Origin: Desulfosudaceae bacterium | GTDB lineage: Bacteria > Desulfobacterota > Desulfobacteria > Desulfobacterales > Desulfosudaceae | Assembly: GCA_963674745.2 (NCBI GenBank) | Contig: CAXXDV010000003.1 | Span: forward strand, 1,376,001-1,440,000 | Direction: 5' to 3' | DNA length: 64,000 nt | Shown: positions 9,110 through 19,327 of the stretch, piece after piece | Numbering within the stretch: the stretch's first letter is position 1 | Layout: every line of letters starts with the position of its first letter | Notes under the pieces: model-generated | Database searches by the model: none | What the model saw: only the letters and a program-made list of their open reading frames with translations | Told to the model about the DNA's origin: nothing | Program-made: the position numbers and the translations under genes

Positions 9110-11287
9110 ATGAATCGTTTTGCCTATCGCACTACAGGGCTGGCCATCAAAACGCTTTCCGGGCTGATTAAACCGAGGGTCAGGATCTACGAACAGGAGA
9201 ATATCCCCACGGATAGCTCTATTATCTTTGTCATTAATCATTTCACCCGAGCAGAAACGCTTCTGCTACCCTATTACATCAATAAAATTACCGGCCGGCA
9301 AATCTGGTCTCTGGCCGATCATGGCCTTTTCAGGGGTGGCCTGGGCATGTTTCTTGAGAGGGTTGGTGCCGTTTCCACCGGTGATCCGGACCGGGACAAG
9401 CTGATCGTCAAAACCCTGCTGACAAATGAAGCCTCGTGGATCATTTTCCCAGAAGGCCGAATGGTCAAAAATAAAAAAATTTATGATGTTGTCGATCAGA
9501 AGGGTCAGTATATCGTTTCCTCTTCGGTAGGGAAGCACCCACCCCATACCGGTGCGGCTACCCTTGCTTTGAGAACCGAATTCTACAGAAACCGCATCGG
9601 AAAAATGCTGGAAATTTATCCGGATGAGGCCCGGCGGCTTCTGGATCTTTATCAGATTGATTCCTTCGAGAGCATAAAAGAAAACAAAACCCTGATCGTT
9701 CCGGTAAACATTACCTATTACCCCATCAGGGCCAAAGAAAATATCGTCAGCAGCCTGGCCGGCCGGCTGTTTGAGAACCTTTCCTTACGTGCTGTTGACG
9801 AGTTGCAGGCCGAAGGTACCCTGCTGCTTTCCGACACGGACATTGATATCCGATTTGGCGAACCCATTGACGTCAGCGGTTTTTTAAAAGCGAAAATCAT
9901 CCAGGAAAACATCGCGTTACGGGCGAAAATCGGTTTTAACGACTCCATCGCCGCCAAGAATATGTTGCGCGCCATCGCGGTCGAAATCATGGAACGATAC
10001 ATGTCGTCGATTTACAATATGACGACGGTTAACCATGATCATATTTTCGCGTCGATTTTAAAACATATTTCCGGAGACCGGATCCAGGAAGACGATTTGA
10101 AGCGAAGAGCCTTTCTGGCCATTACGGCAGTTGATTCACTGACCACCCGGACATTCAAACACTCTTCATTAATGCAGGACCAGAGTCATCTGCTGACCGA
10201 TGACAGGCACAAGAAATACGCCAATTTTGTTGCTATTGCGGAAGAAACCGGGGCTGTTAAAAGAGAAGACGGCTGGGTAATCAAAGCGGTTGACATGGAT
10301 GCTCTGCCGGATTTTCACAGTGCCCGCATGACCAATCCCATAACGGTCATTGCCAATGAAGTGGAGCCATTGGCAGATCTTCAGGATTCCATTAATGACC
10401 TGGCCGGAGCCACTTACCAGGAAATAAGGCAGCTGATATCCACCCACCTGATAACAACTGCTGATTTCGAGTTTGAAAAAGATTACGCCAATTTTTCCAT
10501 TCAAGGTGAATCCAAGAAAAAGAACGTTGGCCGGCCATATTTATTAAAAGGCGCCTCTCCGCGCCTGGGGGTCGTTCTGGTACATGGATACATGGCCGCA
10601 CCGCTGGAGGTAAGGGCCCTGGCCACCTACTTGAATGATATGGGCATTACCGTTTATGCCCCCCGTTTAAAGGGTCACGGTACTTCTCCTGTGGATCTGG
10701 CAAAATGTCAGTTTACCGAATGGATAGAATCCGTGGAAAAAGGCTACGCCATCATCAGGAACCGTTGCGACAAGGTGATTGCCGGCGGATTTTCCATGGG
10801 TGCCGGTCTTGTGATTGATCTGACGTCAAGAGTGACCGATCTTTCCGGAATGTTCGCTATTGCGCCGCCACTCAAGCTCCAGAACTTCTCCAGTAATTTC
10901 GTCCCAGCCGTAAACCTGTGGAACCGGCTGCTCAAACGGATCAACATTGATCGAAACAGAATGGAGTATGTTGAAAATACGCCTGAAAACCCGGCTATCA
11001 ATTATATCCGTAACCCCATTGCCGCAGTCGCCGAAATGGGCCGCTTGATGGATACGTTGGAATCAAAACTGTCTTCGATTACCGTCCCGGCACTGGTCAT
11101 CCAGTCCCAGGCGGACCCGGTGGTCGACCCTAAAGGATCCAGAACGATTTTCAAAAAACTCGCTTCAGTTGATAAAGAATATCTCCTGATCAATTATCCA
11201 CACCACGGTATTGTCAATGGGGAAGGATCGGAACGCGTCTTTAAGGCAGTCGGCGATTTTGTCAAGAAACTGATGACAGACGCTTGA
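9110..11287 (+). CDS. Glycerolipid acyltransferase (PlsB/PlsC-like) fused to an alpha/beta carboxylesterase
   Basis: NHFTRAE (HX4D-like, with E), IIFPEGR; C-terminal VHGY oxyanion motif, GFSMG nucleophile, DPVV and HHG triad candidates. Confidence 0.8.
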   Translation: MNRFAYRTTGLAIKTLSGLIKPRVRIYEQENIPTDSSIIFVINHFTRAETLLLPYYINKITGRQIWSLADHGLFRGGLGMFLERVGAVSTGDPDRDKLIVKTLLTNEASWIIFPEGRMVKNKKIYDVVDQKGQYIVSSSVGKHPPHTGAATLALRTEFYRNRIGKMLEIYPDEARRLLDLYQIDSFESIKENKTLIVPVNITYYPIRAKENIVSSLAGRLFENLSLRAVDELQAEGTLLLSDTDIDIRFGEPIDVSGFLKAKIIQENIALRAKIGFNDSIAAKNMLRAIAVEIMERYMSSIYNMTTVNHDHIFASILKHISGDRIQEDDLKRRAFLAITAVDSLTTRTFKHSSLMQDQSHLLTDDRHKKYANFVAIAEETGAVKREDGWVIKAVDMDALPDFHSARMTNPITVIANEVEPLADLQDSINDLAGATYQEIRQLISTHLITTADFEFEKDYANFSIQGESKKKNVGRPYLLKGASPRLGVVLVHGYMAAPLEVRALATYLNDMGITVYAPRLKGHGTSPVDLAKCQFTEWIESVEKGYAIIRNRCDKVIAGGFSMGAGLVIDLTSRVTDLSGMFAIAPPLKLQNFSSNFVPAVNLWNRLLKRINIDRNRMEYVENTPENPAINYIRNPIAAVAEMGRLMDTLESKLSSITVPALVIQSQADPVVDPKGSRTIFKKLASVDKEYLLINYPHHGIVNGEGSERVFKAVGDFVKKLMTDA

Positions 11288-11389
11288 ACCGGGACGTCAC
11301 CACCTGCCTGCCTGACCGTTAAGAATTCACCTGAGAAAAACAATTAAAACAAAACGATGTCATAAGAATACATTCAAAGGAGGAAACAT

Positions 11390-13081
11390 ATGAAGTTGTT
11401 AATTATCGGCGGCGTCGCCGGCGGAGCCACAGCAGCTGCCAGAGCACGCAGACTGAACGAAGATGCCGAGATCGTTCTTTTTGAACGCGGTGAGTTTATC
11501 TCTTTTGCCAATTGCGGGCTGCCCTATTACATCGGTCAGATTATCAAGGAGCAGGAAGACCTGCTGGTGATCACGGTCGAGGATTTTGTTAAACGTTATG
11601 CGGTTGATGTCCGGGTATTTACAGAAGTAACGGCTATTGATCGGGAAAATCGACAGGTCGCAATCAAAAATCTCAAAACAGGAGAAACCTATCAGGAGTC
11701 TTTTGATAAAATAATTCTCTCTCCGGGCGCTGAGCCGATAAAACCACCCCTTGAGGGGATTGATCTGGACAATATCTTTAACCTTCGTAACATTCCCGAT
11801 TCCGTAAAAATTAAAAACTTTGTCGATACCCATAGCCCGGAAGCTGCTGTTGTCGTGGGCGGCGGGTTTATCGGCCTGGAAATGGCGGAAAACCTGGCCA
11901 TCCGCGGTATTAAAACCACTATTGTAGAAAAGTTGGACCAGGTGATGCCCTCACTCGATGTGGAGATGGCGGCGTTCATGTCCGCCCATCTAAAAGAAAA
12001 AAACGTGGAGTGTATCCTCGGTGACGGCATCAGCGCCTTTTCAAAGGACAATGGACGTTTGGTCGTACATACGGAAAAAGGACAGAAACTGTCCTGTGAC
12101 CTGGTGATACTGTCCATCGGTGTCCGTCCTGAAAACCGGCTGGCAAGAGAAGCCGGGCTGGAAATCAGCGGTCGTGGCGGTGTCAAGGTCAGCGCCACCA
12201 TGCAGACATCGGATCCGGATATTTTTGCCGTCGGCGATGCGGTTGAAATAATGGATCACGTCACCGGCTTTCGTACCATGACGCCGCTGGCCGGCCCGGC
12301 CAATAAACAGGGGCGTATCGCGGCTGACAATGTTATGGGACGACGAAGTATTTTCCGCGGGACACTGGGCACGTCAGTCGTAAAACTGTTTGACATGACC
12401 GTGGCTTCTACCGGTGCCAATGAGCGTTTTTTGACCGCTAACAATGTTCCCTTTCTGGTCAGTTACACCCATTCCGGCTCCCATGCCTCATATTATCCGG
12501 GTGCGGAAATGATGGCCATCAAGCTGTTTTTCTCTCCGGGCAGCGGGAAGGTTCTGGGCGCCCAGATTATCGGTCAGGACGGCGTGGATAAACGGATCGA
12601 TGTCATTGCCACCGCCATTCATGGATCCATGACGGTTTACGATCTGGAAGAACTGGAACTGGCCTACGCGCCGCCTTATTCATCCGCCAAGGATCCGGTC
12701 AATATTGCCGGCTTTGTGGCATCCAATTTACTCAAGGGTGATGTACGGAATATCAACTGGCATGAATTTATCGACATTGATCCGGAAGGCATTGAGTTGA
12801 TCGACCTCAGAAACAAGGATGAACTGGAAGAAGCCGGCGTCGTCCCCGGGGCGATGCATATCCCCCTGCCTGAACTCAGAAACCATTTAAGTAAACTGGA
12901 TCCGCACAAGCAATACATAACGTTCTGCGCCATTGGTTTGCGGGGATACGTGGCTTACCGCATCATGTCACAGAAGGGATACAATGTTCAGAACTTAAGT
13001 GGCGGATATAAAACCCTTATGGGTGCCAAGGGGAAAATTATGGCCGAGTCCGCCCGGACTCAGCTCTGGCGTTCGGAATAG
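11390..13081 (+). CDS. CoA-disulfide/persulfide reductase with C-terminal rhodanese domain
   Basis: GGVAGG FAD motif, SFANCGLPY redox Cys, GGGFIGLE NADH motif, YAPPYS, rhodanese 'FCAIGLRG...NLSGGY'; SD AAGGAGG upstream. Confidence 0.92.
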   Translation: MKLLIIGGVAGGATAAARARRLNEDAEIVLFERGEFISFANCGLPYYIGQIIKEQEDLLVITVEDFVKRYAVDVRVFTEVTAIDRENRQVAIKNLKTGETYQESFDKIILSPGAEPIKPPLEGIDLDNIFNLRNIPDSVKIKNFVDTHSPEAAVVVGGGFIGLEMAENLAIRGIKTTIVEKLDQVMPSLDVEMAAFMSAHLKEKNVECILGDGISAFSKDNGRLVVHTEKGQKLSCDLVILSIGVRPENRLAREAGLEISGRGGVKVSATMQTSDPDIFAVGDAVEIMDHVTGFRTMTPLAGPANKQGRIAADNVMGRRSIFRGTLGTSVVKLFDMTVASTGANERFLTANNVPFLVSYTHSGSHASYYPGAEMMAIKLFFSPGSGKVLGAQIIGQDGVDKRIDVIATAIHGSMTVYDLEELELAYAPPYSSAKDPVNIAGFVASNLLKGDVRNINWHEFIDIDPEGIELIDLRNKDELEEAGVVPGAMHIPLPELRNHLSKLDPHKQYITFCAIGLRGYVAYRIMSQKGYNVQNLSGGYKTLMGAKGKIMAESARTQLWRSE

Positions 13082-13101
13082 TTTTAGCGGACATTTCACT
13101 T

Positions 13102-13125
13102 ATAGGCCCCCCCCTGTGGGTGCCC
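13102..13125. repeat. Degenerate copy of the GTAG-type REP found at 28633-28691
   Basis: ATAGGCCCCCCCCTGTGGGTGCCC resembles GTAGGGGCAACCCCCTGTGGTTGCCC; lies between convergent genes. Confidence 0.45.
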
Positions 13126-13188
13126 TTTGATTTCGCCCGGCGGGTGAGATATCCGGATTATGCCGAAGTTTACTGGTTACTGGACCGG

Positions 13189-14688
13189 CTACCGTCTGGT
13201 CTCTGATTTCTTTCTGAACCCATCCCAAAAACCTGAAAATTGGCATCTGCTTTTTAAAATGAGGTACATCATTTTTAAAGCATTTTGAGCAAGCGGGATG
13301 AAATTGCCGGAATGCTTTGATTGTCCGCCCATCCGTCTTCGATACGTTACAGGGATCTCGATAACTCTGCTTCGGCAGATCAGCATAGCGATGATCATTT
13401 CCGGAGAAAATTCGGGGCCTGGTGCATTCAAGTAGGGTTTAATTCGTATATAACTGTTTCTCCAAAGGGCACGATACGTGCACCCCACATCCGTAAAGCG
13501 TGGTTCCTGCCCCCACCAGAGAACTTCAATAATCTTACCGTAAAACACATTACCCCATCTGACAAGGCTCCTCATATTCGCGCCCTGCTCGATCATCTGA
13601 CGGGTGGTCCGTGTGCCGATGACCATATCGCAATCTTTTAGATATTCCAGAAACTTCGGAATATCATTGGCAGTAAAACTGCCGTCAGCCTCAGTGATTA
13701 TAATAATATCTCCGTTGGCTTCCTCAAGCCCACGCCTGATAGCGTTCCCATATCCCTGGCGGGTCTCAGTAATCACATGGGCACCCGCCTCTAAGGAGAT
13801 TTCTTTCGTGCGATCACTTGAATTGTTATCCACAACCAGGACTTCGTTAACCTGGTTATGAACACTGAAATCCGCTATAACGCTGGCAATGGTTTCTTCT
13901 TCGTTGTAAGCCGGTATCAGAACGGTAACATTTTTTTGATCAAAATCGGACGAGCGAACGAGATAATTGGCTTTGTTAAGATCATCTAGATTGTTGATAT
14001 TCATATAGTGACCCGTCAGAATCTCCGCCATTACCTTTTCATGGCGGGCCATCTCTGAAAGCGCATCAGTCAATTCCACTTCATGCCTGAGGCTGGAAGG
14101 CGGGGTCCTACGGATATAGTCAAACACCTTCGGTGTCAACAGGTAGGTGCCGACGCCCATCAGTTCAGTCCGGGTGTTGACCGGTTTTTCAATTAAGGCG
14201 CGAATACGCCCGTCATGGATATCTCCAGTATAGTTATCGGAGATTCTGCTATGGTCATTCTCCTTTTTAAACATAATGACGCCGTCACAAGTTCGCATAT
14301 CATATTCAAGCAGCGTATCATGATTTGTCTCCAAATACAGTTCATCCCCCAGCATGACAAGGAAATGTCCGGGCTGAAGAATGTAGGGTTCTGCCATTAG
14401 TAAGGCATGACCTACGCCTCCTGGCTCCTTCTGTTCGGCAAAAACAAACTCCAGGCCAAAATCCCGTGAAGACAAATGCGCAACAAGCTGATCACCGCAA
14501 TGCCCGATCACGACGATGACCCGACGCACACGGCACTGGCTTTTCATTATAGAAAGCGTTCGTTCAATAAGCGGTATACCGGCTATTTCCATGAGCGCTT
14601 TTGGTATATAGTGTGAAGCGGGGTAAGCCCGGACCCCTCTTCCGGCGGCAAGAATAACACCGGTCATATCATTTTCAGTTGAGGGCAT
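13189..14688 (-). CDS. Sugar-phosphate nucleotidyltransferase fused to a GT2 glycosyltransferase
   Basis: ILAAGRGVR...PKALM, LGD, EKP (RmlA-like); then LIPAYNEE, VVDNNSSD, EADGS (DPM1-like GT2). Confidence 0.88.
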   Translation of the reverse strand: MPSTENDMTGVILAAGRGVRAYPASHYIPKALMEIAGIPLIERTLSIMKSQCRVRRVIVVIGHCGDQLVAHLSSRDFGLEFVFAEQKEPGGVGHALLMAEPYILQPGHFLVMLGDELYLETNHDTLLEYDMRTCDGVIMFKKENDHSRISDNYTGDIHDGRIRALIEKPVNTRTELMGVGTYLLTPKVFDYIRRTPPSSLRHEVELTDALSEMARHEKVMAEILTGHYMNINNLDDLNKANYLVRSSDFDQKNVTVLIPAYNEEETIASVIADFSVHNQVNEVLVVDNNSSDRTKEISLEAGAHVITETRQGYGNAIRRGLEEANGDIIIITEADGSFTANDIPKFLEYLKDCDMVIGTRTTRQMIEQGANMRSLVRWGNVFYGKIIEVLWWGQEPRFTDVGCTYRALWRNSYIRIKPYLNAPGPEFSPEMIIAMLICRSRVIEIPVTYRRRMGGQSKHSGNFIPLAQNALKMMYLILKSRCQFSGFWDGFRKKSETRR

Positions 14689-14730
14689 TATTCGCTCACA
14701 TTAATTTAGACGGGAGGGTGAATATTCGGA

Positions 14731-15435
14731 CTATACGGTATCGACGTCCAGCAACATCGTTGACGGATTTAAATACAGGCCCGGATCGGAAGCCGCTGTT
14801 TCTTTTGTCGGCAGGGCTCTGACCCGGATTTTTTTATTCTCCGGCAACAACTCCCAGGCAACGTCAAACAGATCGGCCAGGCCGGCAAATCCGGCCGGGC
14901 GGTTCTGGTCATCCCGTTCTGCCTCTCGATGTGACGGGATAGAGAGCCATGCGCCAAAAGACAATTCCCGGCCGAGTTCCTTGATCCCGGTGATCGTGTC
15001 GGGCGCTGAGGCGTCGAGAAAAAAACCGTCTAGGATAACCATTTGCGGTGAGAAGACACTCTGCTCCACGAAGTCCATCAGTCTCTCCCTGACACCGTCA
15101 ATGGAAAAGCCTGGGGCTTTCATGGTCATAATCAAGCGGCGGGAAAGCAGTGGAGAAAGCGACAAGTTTTCCCCGGTTTTTCCGCCATGGGCCTTCACCA
15201 GATTAAAGACCTCGTTATACCACAAGGCGGTCTTCTTTACCGAATCGGACAAATTGATATGCAGCACGTTTTTCCCGGTCATCATGGCATATATAGCGGA
15301 CTGGACCAAAAAAGAGGTTTTACCGACACCGGCGCGAGCCACCACGGCTCCGAGTTTGCCGTCAGACAGGGCGTCATTAATGATACCGGCCACGGGAGCC
15401 AGTGATTCTGGTATGGTTACGGTTTGCTCCTGCAT
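14731..15435 (-). CDS. RecA/KaiC/DnaB-like P-loop protein of unknown function
   Basis: Walker A 'ARAGVGKT', Walker B-like 'MVILDG'; start codon directly abuts the fusA stop. Confidence 0.7.
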   Translation of the reverse strand: MQEQTVTIPESLAPVAGIINDALSDGKLGAVVARAGVGKTSFLVQSAIYAMMTGKNVLHINLSDSVKKTALWYNEVFNLVKAHGGKTGENLSLSPLLSRRLIMTMKAPGFSIDGVRERLMDFVEQSVFSPQMVILDGFFLDASAPDTITGIKELGRELSFGAWLSIPSHREAERDDQNRPAGFAGLADLFDVAWELLPENKKIRVRALPTKETAASDPGLYLNPSTMLLDVDTV

Positions 15436-17517
15436 TTATTTCTCCTGCTTTTTATTTTTCATTTTTTCAATTTCTTCGGCAATGGCCGCCGGCACCTGCT
15501 GGTAAGCCATAAACTCCATGGCGAATTGTGCCTGTCCCTGGGTAGATGACCGCAGAACGTTTGAGAAACCGAACATTTCAGCCAACGGTACCTGGGCTTC
15601 AATCGCACAGGAAACGCCTTCGTCCTGGGTACCGACAATGATACCGCGCCGCTGGTTTAACAGCTTCATTACGCCGCCCTGAAATTCCGGCGGGGTTTCA
15701 ACCGTTACTTTCATTATGGGTTCATGAATAATCGGACCGGCCTTTCTGTAAGCTTCGAGAAAGGCGCCTCGGGCCGCGGCCTCAAAAGCCATTTCCGATG
15801 AATCAACCGAATGAAAGGCGCCGTCATTGATTTCAATTTTGACATCCACCACCGGGAATTCCAGCCAGGGCCCCTTATCCATGCACTTTGAAAAGCTTTT
15901 TTCACAGGATGGAATATATTGGGTCGGTATGGCACCCCCGGTTATTTTGTTTTCAAACACGAAACCCTCTCCGGGAGCGGGTTCCATGTATCCCGCGACG
16001 CGCCCGAACTGACCTGCCCCACCCGTCTGTTTTTTATGGGTATAATTAAATTCAACCCGGCGGGTGATTGTTTCCCGGTAAGCCACCTGGGGGCTACCGA
16101 TGGAGATGGCGGCGTCATATTCACGGCGCATACGTTCCAGATAGACATCCAAATGCAGTTCGCCCATACCCTGGATAATTGTTTCGTTGGTCTCTTTGTC
16201 CACAAACGTTTGAAAGGTCGGATCTTCCCTGGTAAACCGGCCGATGGCTTTGGACATGGCGATTTCCGACTTGTTGTCCTTGGGCTTGATGGCCAGAGAG
16301 ACGACCGGATCGGGCACGAAAATAGATGTCATCGTCAGCCTTAAGCCGTCACTGGTAAACGTGTCGCCGGAAGCACAATCGATCCCGAACAAAGCGCCGA
16401 TACCGCCGGCCGATATTCGTTCGATATCTTCCATCTGGTCGGCATGCATGCGTACCAGCCGGCCGATGCGGACTTTCTTACCCGTTCTGACATTGATGAC
16501 GTTATCCCCTTTTGATAAGGTTCCCTGGTATACGCGCACATAGGTCAACTGACCGTAACGCCCGTCTTCCAGTTTAAACGCCAGGGCGACGACGGGCTGG
16601 CCCGGGTCGTGGGACAGGGTCACCTGCGACTGATCATTATCCAGGTCAATAGCCGTGTTCTGTGCGTCTTCAGGGGCCGGCATATAAGTGATAATCGCGT
16701 CCAGCAGGGGTTGTACACCCTTATTTTTGTAAGCCGATCCCACGAAAACCGGCGTCAATTCCCGGGCAAAAGCGCCCTTCCGGATGGCTTCAGCCAGCAT
16801 CGCTTCGGTAATTTCCGTTTCTTCCAGAACGGCATCGGTCAGTTCTTCCGAAAAGGCTGATGCGGCATCGATCAGCACTTCACGCTGTTCTGCCGCCCGA
16901 TCTTTAAGGTCATCCGGAATTTCAGTGGTTTTGATTGTCTCACCGTTGTCACCCTCGAAATAAACGGCTTTCATGGTTACCAGGTCCACAACGCCATTAA
17001 AATCCGCTTCCAGGCCAATGGGAATCTGTATCAGCACGGCATTGTGGCCGAGTTTATCTTTGAGTTGTCGGGTTACGCGAAAGGGATCGGCCCCGCTGCG
17101 GTCACATTTATTGACAAAGGCCAGGCAGGGAACCTTATACCGCTTCATCTGCCGGTCCACGGTAATCGACTGGGATTGGACCCCGCCCACGGCGCACAAG
17201 ACCAGGACGGCACTGTCCAGGACCCGAAGTGACCGCTCAACTTCAATAGTAAAATCCACATGGCCCGGTGTGTCGATAATATTGACGCTATACCCCTTCC
17301 ACTCACAAAAGGTCGCCGCCGAGGCGATGGTAATCCCCCGCTCTTTTTCAAGCTCCATGAAATCCATGGTCGCACCCACGCCGTCTTTTCCCTTAACGTC
17401 ATGGATAGAATGAATCCGTTGGGTATAGAACAGTATCCGTTCGGTCAGTGTGGTTTTTCCCGAATCAATATGGGCGCTGATGCCGATGTTTCTCAGTTTC
17501 TGTTTTGCAGGTTTCAT
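15436..17517 (-). CDS. fusA: Elongation factor G (mtEFG1-like/spdEFG1 subtype)
   Basis: [42 protein letters not shown]; '[17 protein letters not shown]' insert typical of the mtEFG1-like clade. Confidence 0.96.
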   Translation of the reverse strand: MKPAKQKLRNIGISAHIDSGKTTLTERILFYTQRIHSIHDVKGKDGVGATMDFMELEKERGITIASAATFCEWKGYSVNIIDTPGHVDFTIEVERSLRVLDSAVLVLCAVGGVQSQSITVDRQMKRYKVPCLAFVNKCDRSGADPFRVTRQLKDKLGHNAVLIQIPIGLEADFNGVVDLVTMKAVYFEGDNGETIKTTEIPDDLKDRAAEQREVLIDAASAFSEELTDAVLEETEITEAMLAEAIRKGAFARELTPVFVGSAYKNKGVQPLLDAIITYMPAPEDAQNTAIDLDNDQSQVTLSHDPGQPVVALAFKLEDGRYGQLTYVRVYQGTLSKGDNVINVRTGKKVRIGRLVRMHADQMEDIERISAGGIGALFGIDCASGDTFTSDGLRLTMTSIFVPDPVVSLAIKPKDNKSEIAMSKAIGRFTREDPTFQTFVDKETNETIIQGMGELHLDVYLERMRREYDAAISIGSPQVAYRETITRRVEFNYTHKKQTGGAGQFGRVAGYMEPAPGEGFVFENKITGGAIPTQYIPSCEKSFSKCMDKGPWLEFPVVDVKIEINDGAFHSVDSSEMAFEAAARGAFLEAYRKAGPIIHEPIMKVTVETPPEFQGGVMKLLNQRRGIIVGTQDEGVSCAIEAQVPLAEMFGFSNVLRSSTQGQAQFAMEFMAYQQVPAAIAEEIEKMKNKKQEK

Positions 17518-17694
17518 TTTTCAGTAATACCCTATTTTAATAATCTTTCATCAATCTCTTGGATTAAAACAATAAAACGGTAAAAGCCGGTTTATGAGTC
17601 GCGCTCCGGGTGTCATACGGATAACTTAAGCAGCATGATTACAGAAAACAGTTCAGGGATACTTAGTCTTTTCCATTCCCGAAAAAATCTGTTG

Positions 17695-17723
17695 TATATA
17701 TCAGGTTGTTTTTCATGGTGCAA
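17695..17723 (-). promoter_or_regulatory. Candidate sigma70 promoter for fusA
   Basis: Minus strand TTGCAC-17 bp-TATATA. Confidence 0.4.
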
Positions 17724-17874
17724 GAGAAAAGATGTGAACACAAGATAATTATCGTTCGCCTCAAGAGCGATCACAGATCCCCTTAAATCGCCGACTGTTT
17801 CCTCCGCCTCTCTGGTTACACCTGATAAATGTCATCCCAAAGCCACTTGACAACATGTGGTACCCTCAAAAATA

Positions 17875-17906
17875 TTGACACACAAGATGCTCTTGCTATA
17901 TATAAT
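17875..17906 (+). promoter_or_regulatory. Candidate sigma70 promoter of the radical-SAM operon
   Basis: TTGACA (17875-80) followed by TATATA at 16 or 18 bp and TATAAT at 20 bp; dyad CAAGA-tgc-TCTTG inside the spacer. Confidence 0.55.
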
Positions 17907-17932
17907 ACCCATAAAAGCAGATTCTTACATAA

Positions 17933-19300
17933 ATGCAGCCTCTTCCTCCACATATGCATGTCTACATCATACCCTTCCAGGATAAGTTTGTCGTCTACAG
18001 ACCTTTAAAAAGATTAGCCTTTATTGCTAATTCGGCCATGGTTAATCTTATTGCGAAGATACAGGAGAAGTCACATTTTAAGGGCCTGCCGACGCACAGT
18101 GAAGCCATGGCCTTTCTCGATGCCGTCGGTTTTTTTGAACCCGACCCCCGGCCTACCCAACCGCCGCCAGTTCAAGAACCGTATTTACCGACAGTCGCGG
18201 TCGTGTTTTTAACCACTGACTGTAATTGTAAATGTGTTTATTGTTATGCTTCAGCAGGCGGTGTGCCGGCCACGGAAACGCTTCCCGTCAGGCTGGGATA
18301 TCGCACCATTGATGTTGTCTGTGAAAATGCCCTGCTGACCGGAAAAAACAAATTCACGTTGAGCTTTCATGGCGGCGGCGAACCGACGATGGCGTCGAAA
18401 AAAATGAAACAGCTGATAAATTACGCCAGAAAAAAAGAAGTACCCTGTCATGCCAATCTTACAACCAACGGTTGCTGGTCTGCGGCTGACAGGGAGTGGA
18501 TTCTGAACAATTTTGACGATGTCAGCCTCTCTTTTGACGGTTTGCGTGAAATTCAGGACCGCCAGCGTCCGCTTGCAAGCGGTAGAGGAACATATGACCT
18601 GGTTATGGCGAGCATTACGGCCATGGACCAGCGGCAGTTGTCTTATGGTATCCGAATGACGGTAACAGAGGACTCTGTCGATCAATTGCCGGAAAACATG
18701 AAATTCCTTTGCAGCAGCACGGATTGCCGGGTTTTCCAGGTGGAGCCGGCGTCCAATCATGGACGGGCAATGCAGGGCCATAATGCCCTGACCCAATACG
18801 ATCGATTTGCCCGGGCCTTTCTTAAAGCATATGATATTGCCGTGGCTGCGGGCAGGCACATGTATTATTCAGGCGCAAGGCCCTGGGTGATTACCCCACG
18901 TTTTTGTCAGGCCCCGGAAAATGCTTTGATTGTGGGTACGGACGGGTTTCTCACGGCATGTTATGAAGTGTGCAGTAGAGACCACGAACTGGCGGGGCTG
19001 TTTTGCTTTGGTGATATCTCCGAAAACGGGATAATGTCCGTGCACGAAAAGACCCGGCAGGCGCTTTTTGAAAAAATTGAACAGCGAAAAAAACAGTGCC
19101 GGGACTGCTTTTGTTTCTGGCATTGTGCCGGAGACTGCCCGTCCAAGACAATGACGGCGGATGGCAGGGGGCACCTTCGGTTTGACCGACGGTGTGATTT
19201 GAACCGCCATATTACCCGGGAACTGATTATACGCAACATTACAAACGGTAACGGTATCTGGCAGGGGGCATCAGAAGAACAGATGCTTGTCGCCTGTTAG
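17933..19300 (+). CDS. Radical SAM/SPASM peptide-maturase-like enzyme 1
   Basis: CNCKCVYC (CxxxCxxC), FHGGGEP, TTNG, SFDG; SPASM: FC...DGFLTAC...CRDCFCFWHCAGDC...C. Confidence 0.92.
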   Translation: MQPLPPHMHVYIIPFQDKFVVYRPLKRLAFIANSAMVNLIAKIQEKSHFKGLPTHSEAMAFLDAVGFFEPDPRPTQPPPVQEPYLPTVAVVFLTTDCNCKCVYCYASAGGVPATETLPVRLGYRTIDVVCENALLTGKNKFTLSFHGGGEPTMASKKMKQLINYARKKEVPCHANLTTNGCWSAADREWILNNFDDVSLSFDGLREIQDRQRPLASGRGTYDLVMASITAMDQRQLSYGIRMTVTEDSVDQLPENMKFLCSSTDCRVFQVEPASNHGRAMQGHNALTQYDRFARAFLKAYDIAVAAGRHMYYSGARPWVITPRFCQAPENALIVGTDGFLTACYEVCSRDHELAGLFCFGDISENGIMSVHEKTRQALFEKIEQRKKQCRDCFCFWHCAGDCPSKTMTADGRGHLRFDRRCDLNRHITRELIIRNITNGNGIWQGASEEQMLVAC

Positions 19301-19327
19301 GGCAGTTAACACCAAAAGGAATCGACG

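Noticed and set aside
17593..17749. Short plus-strand ORFs upstream of the rSAM operon as RiPP precursors (e.g. MITENSSG...GCFSWCKRKDVNTR)
   Set aside because: No SD, upstream of the likely operon promoter, overlapping the fusA promoter, and no repeat or core character.
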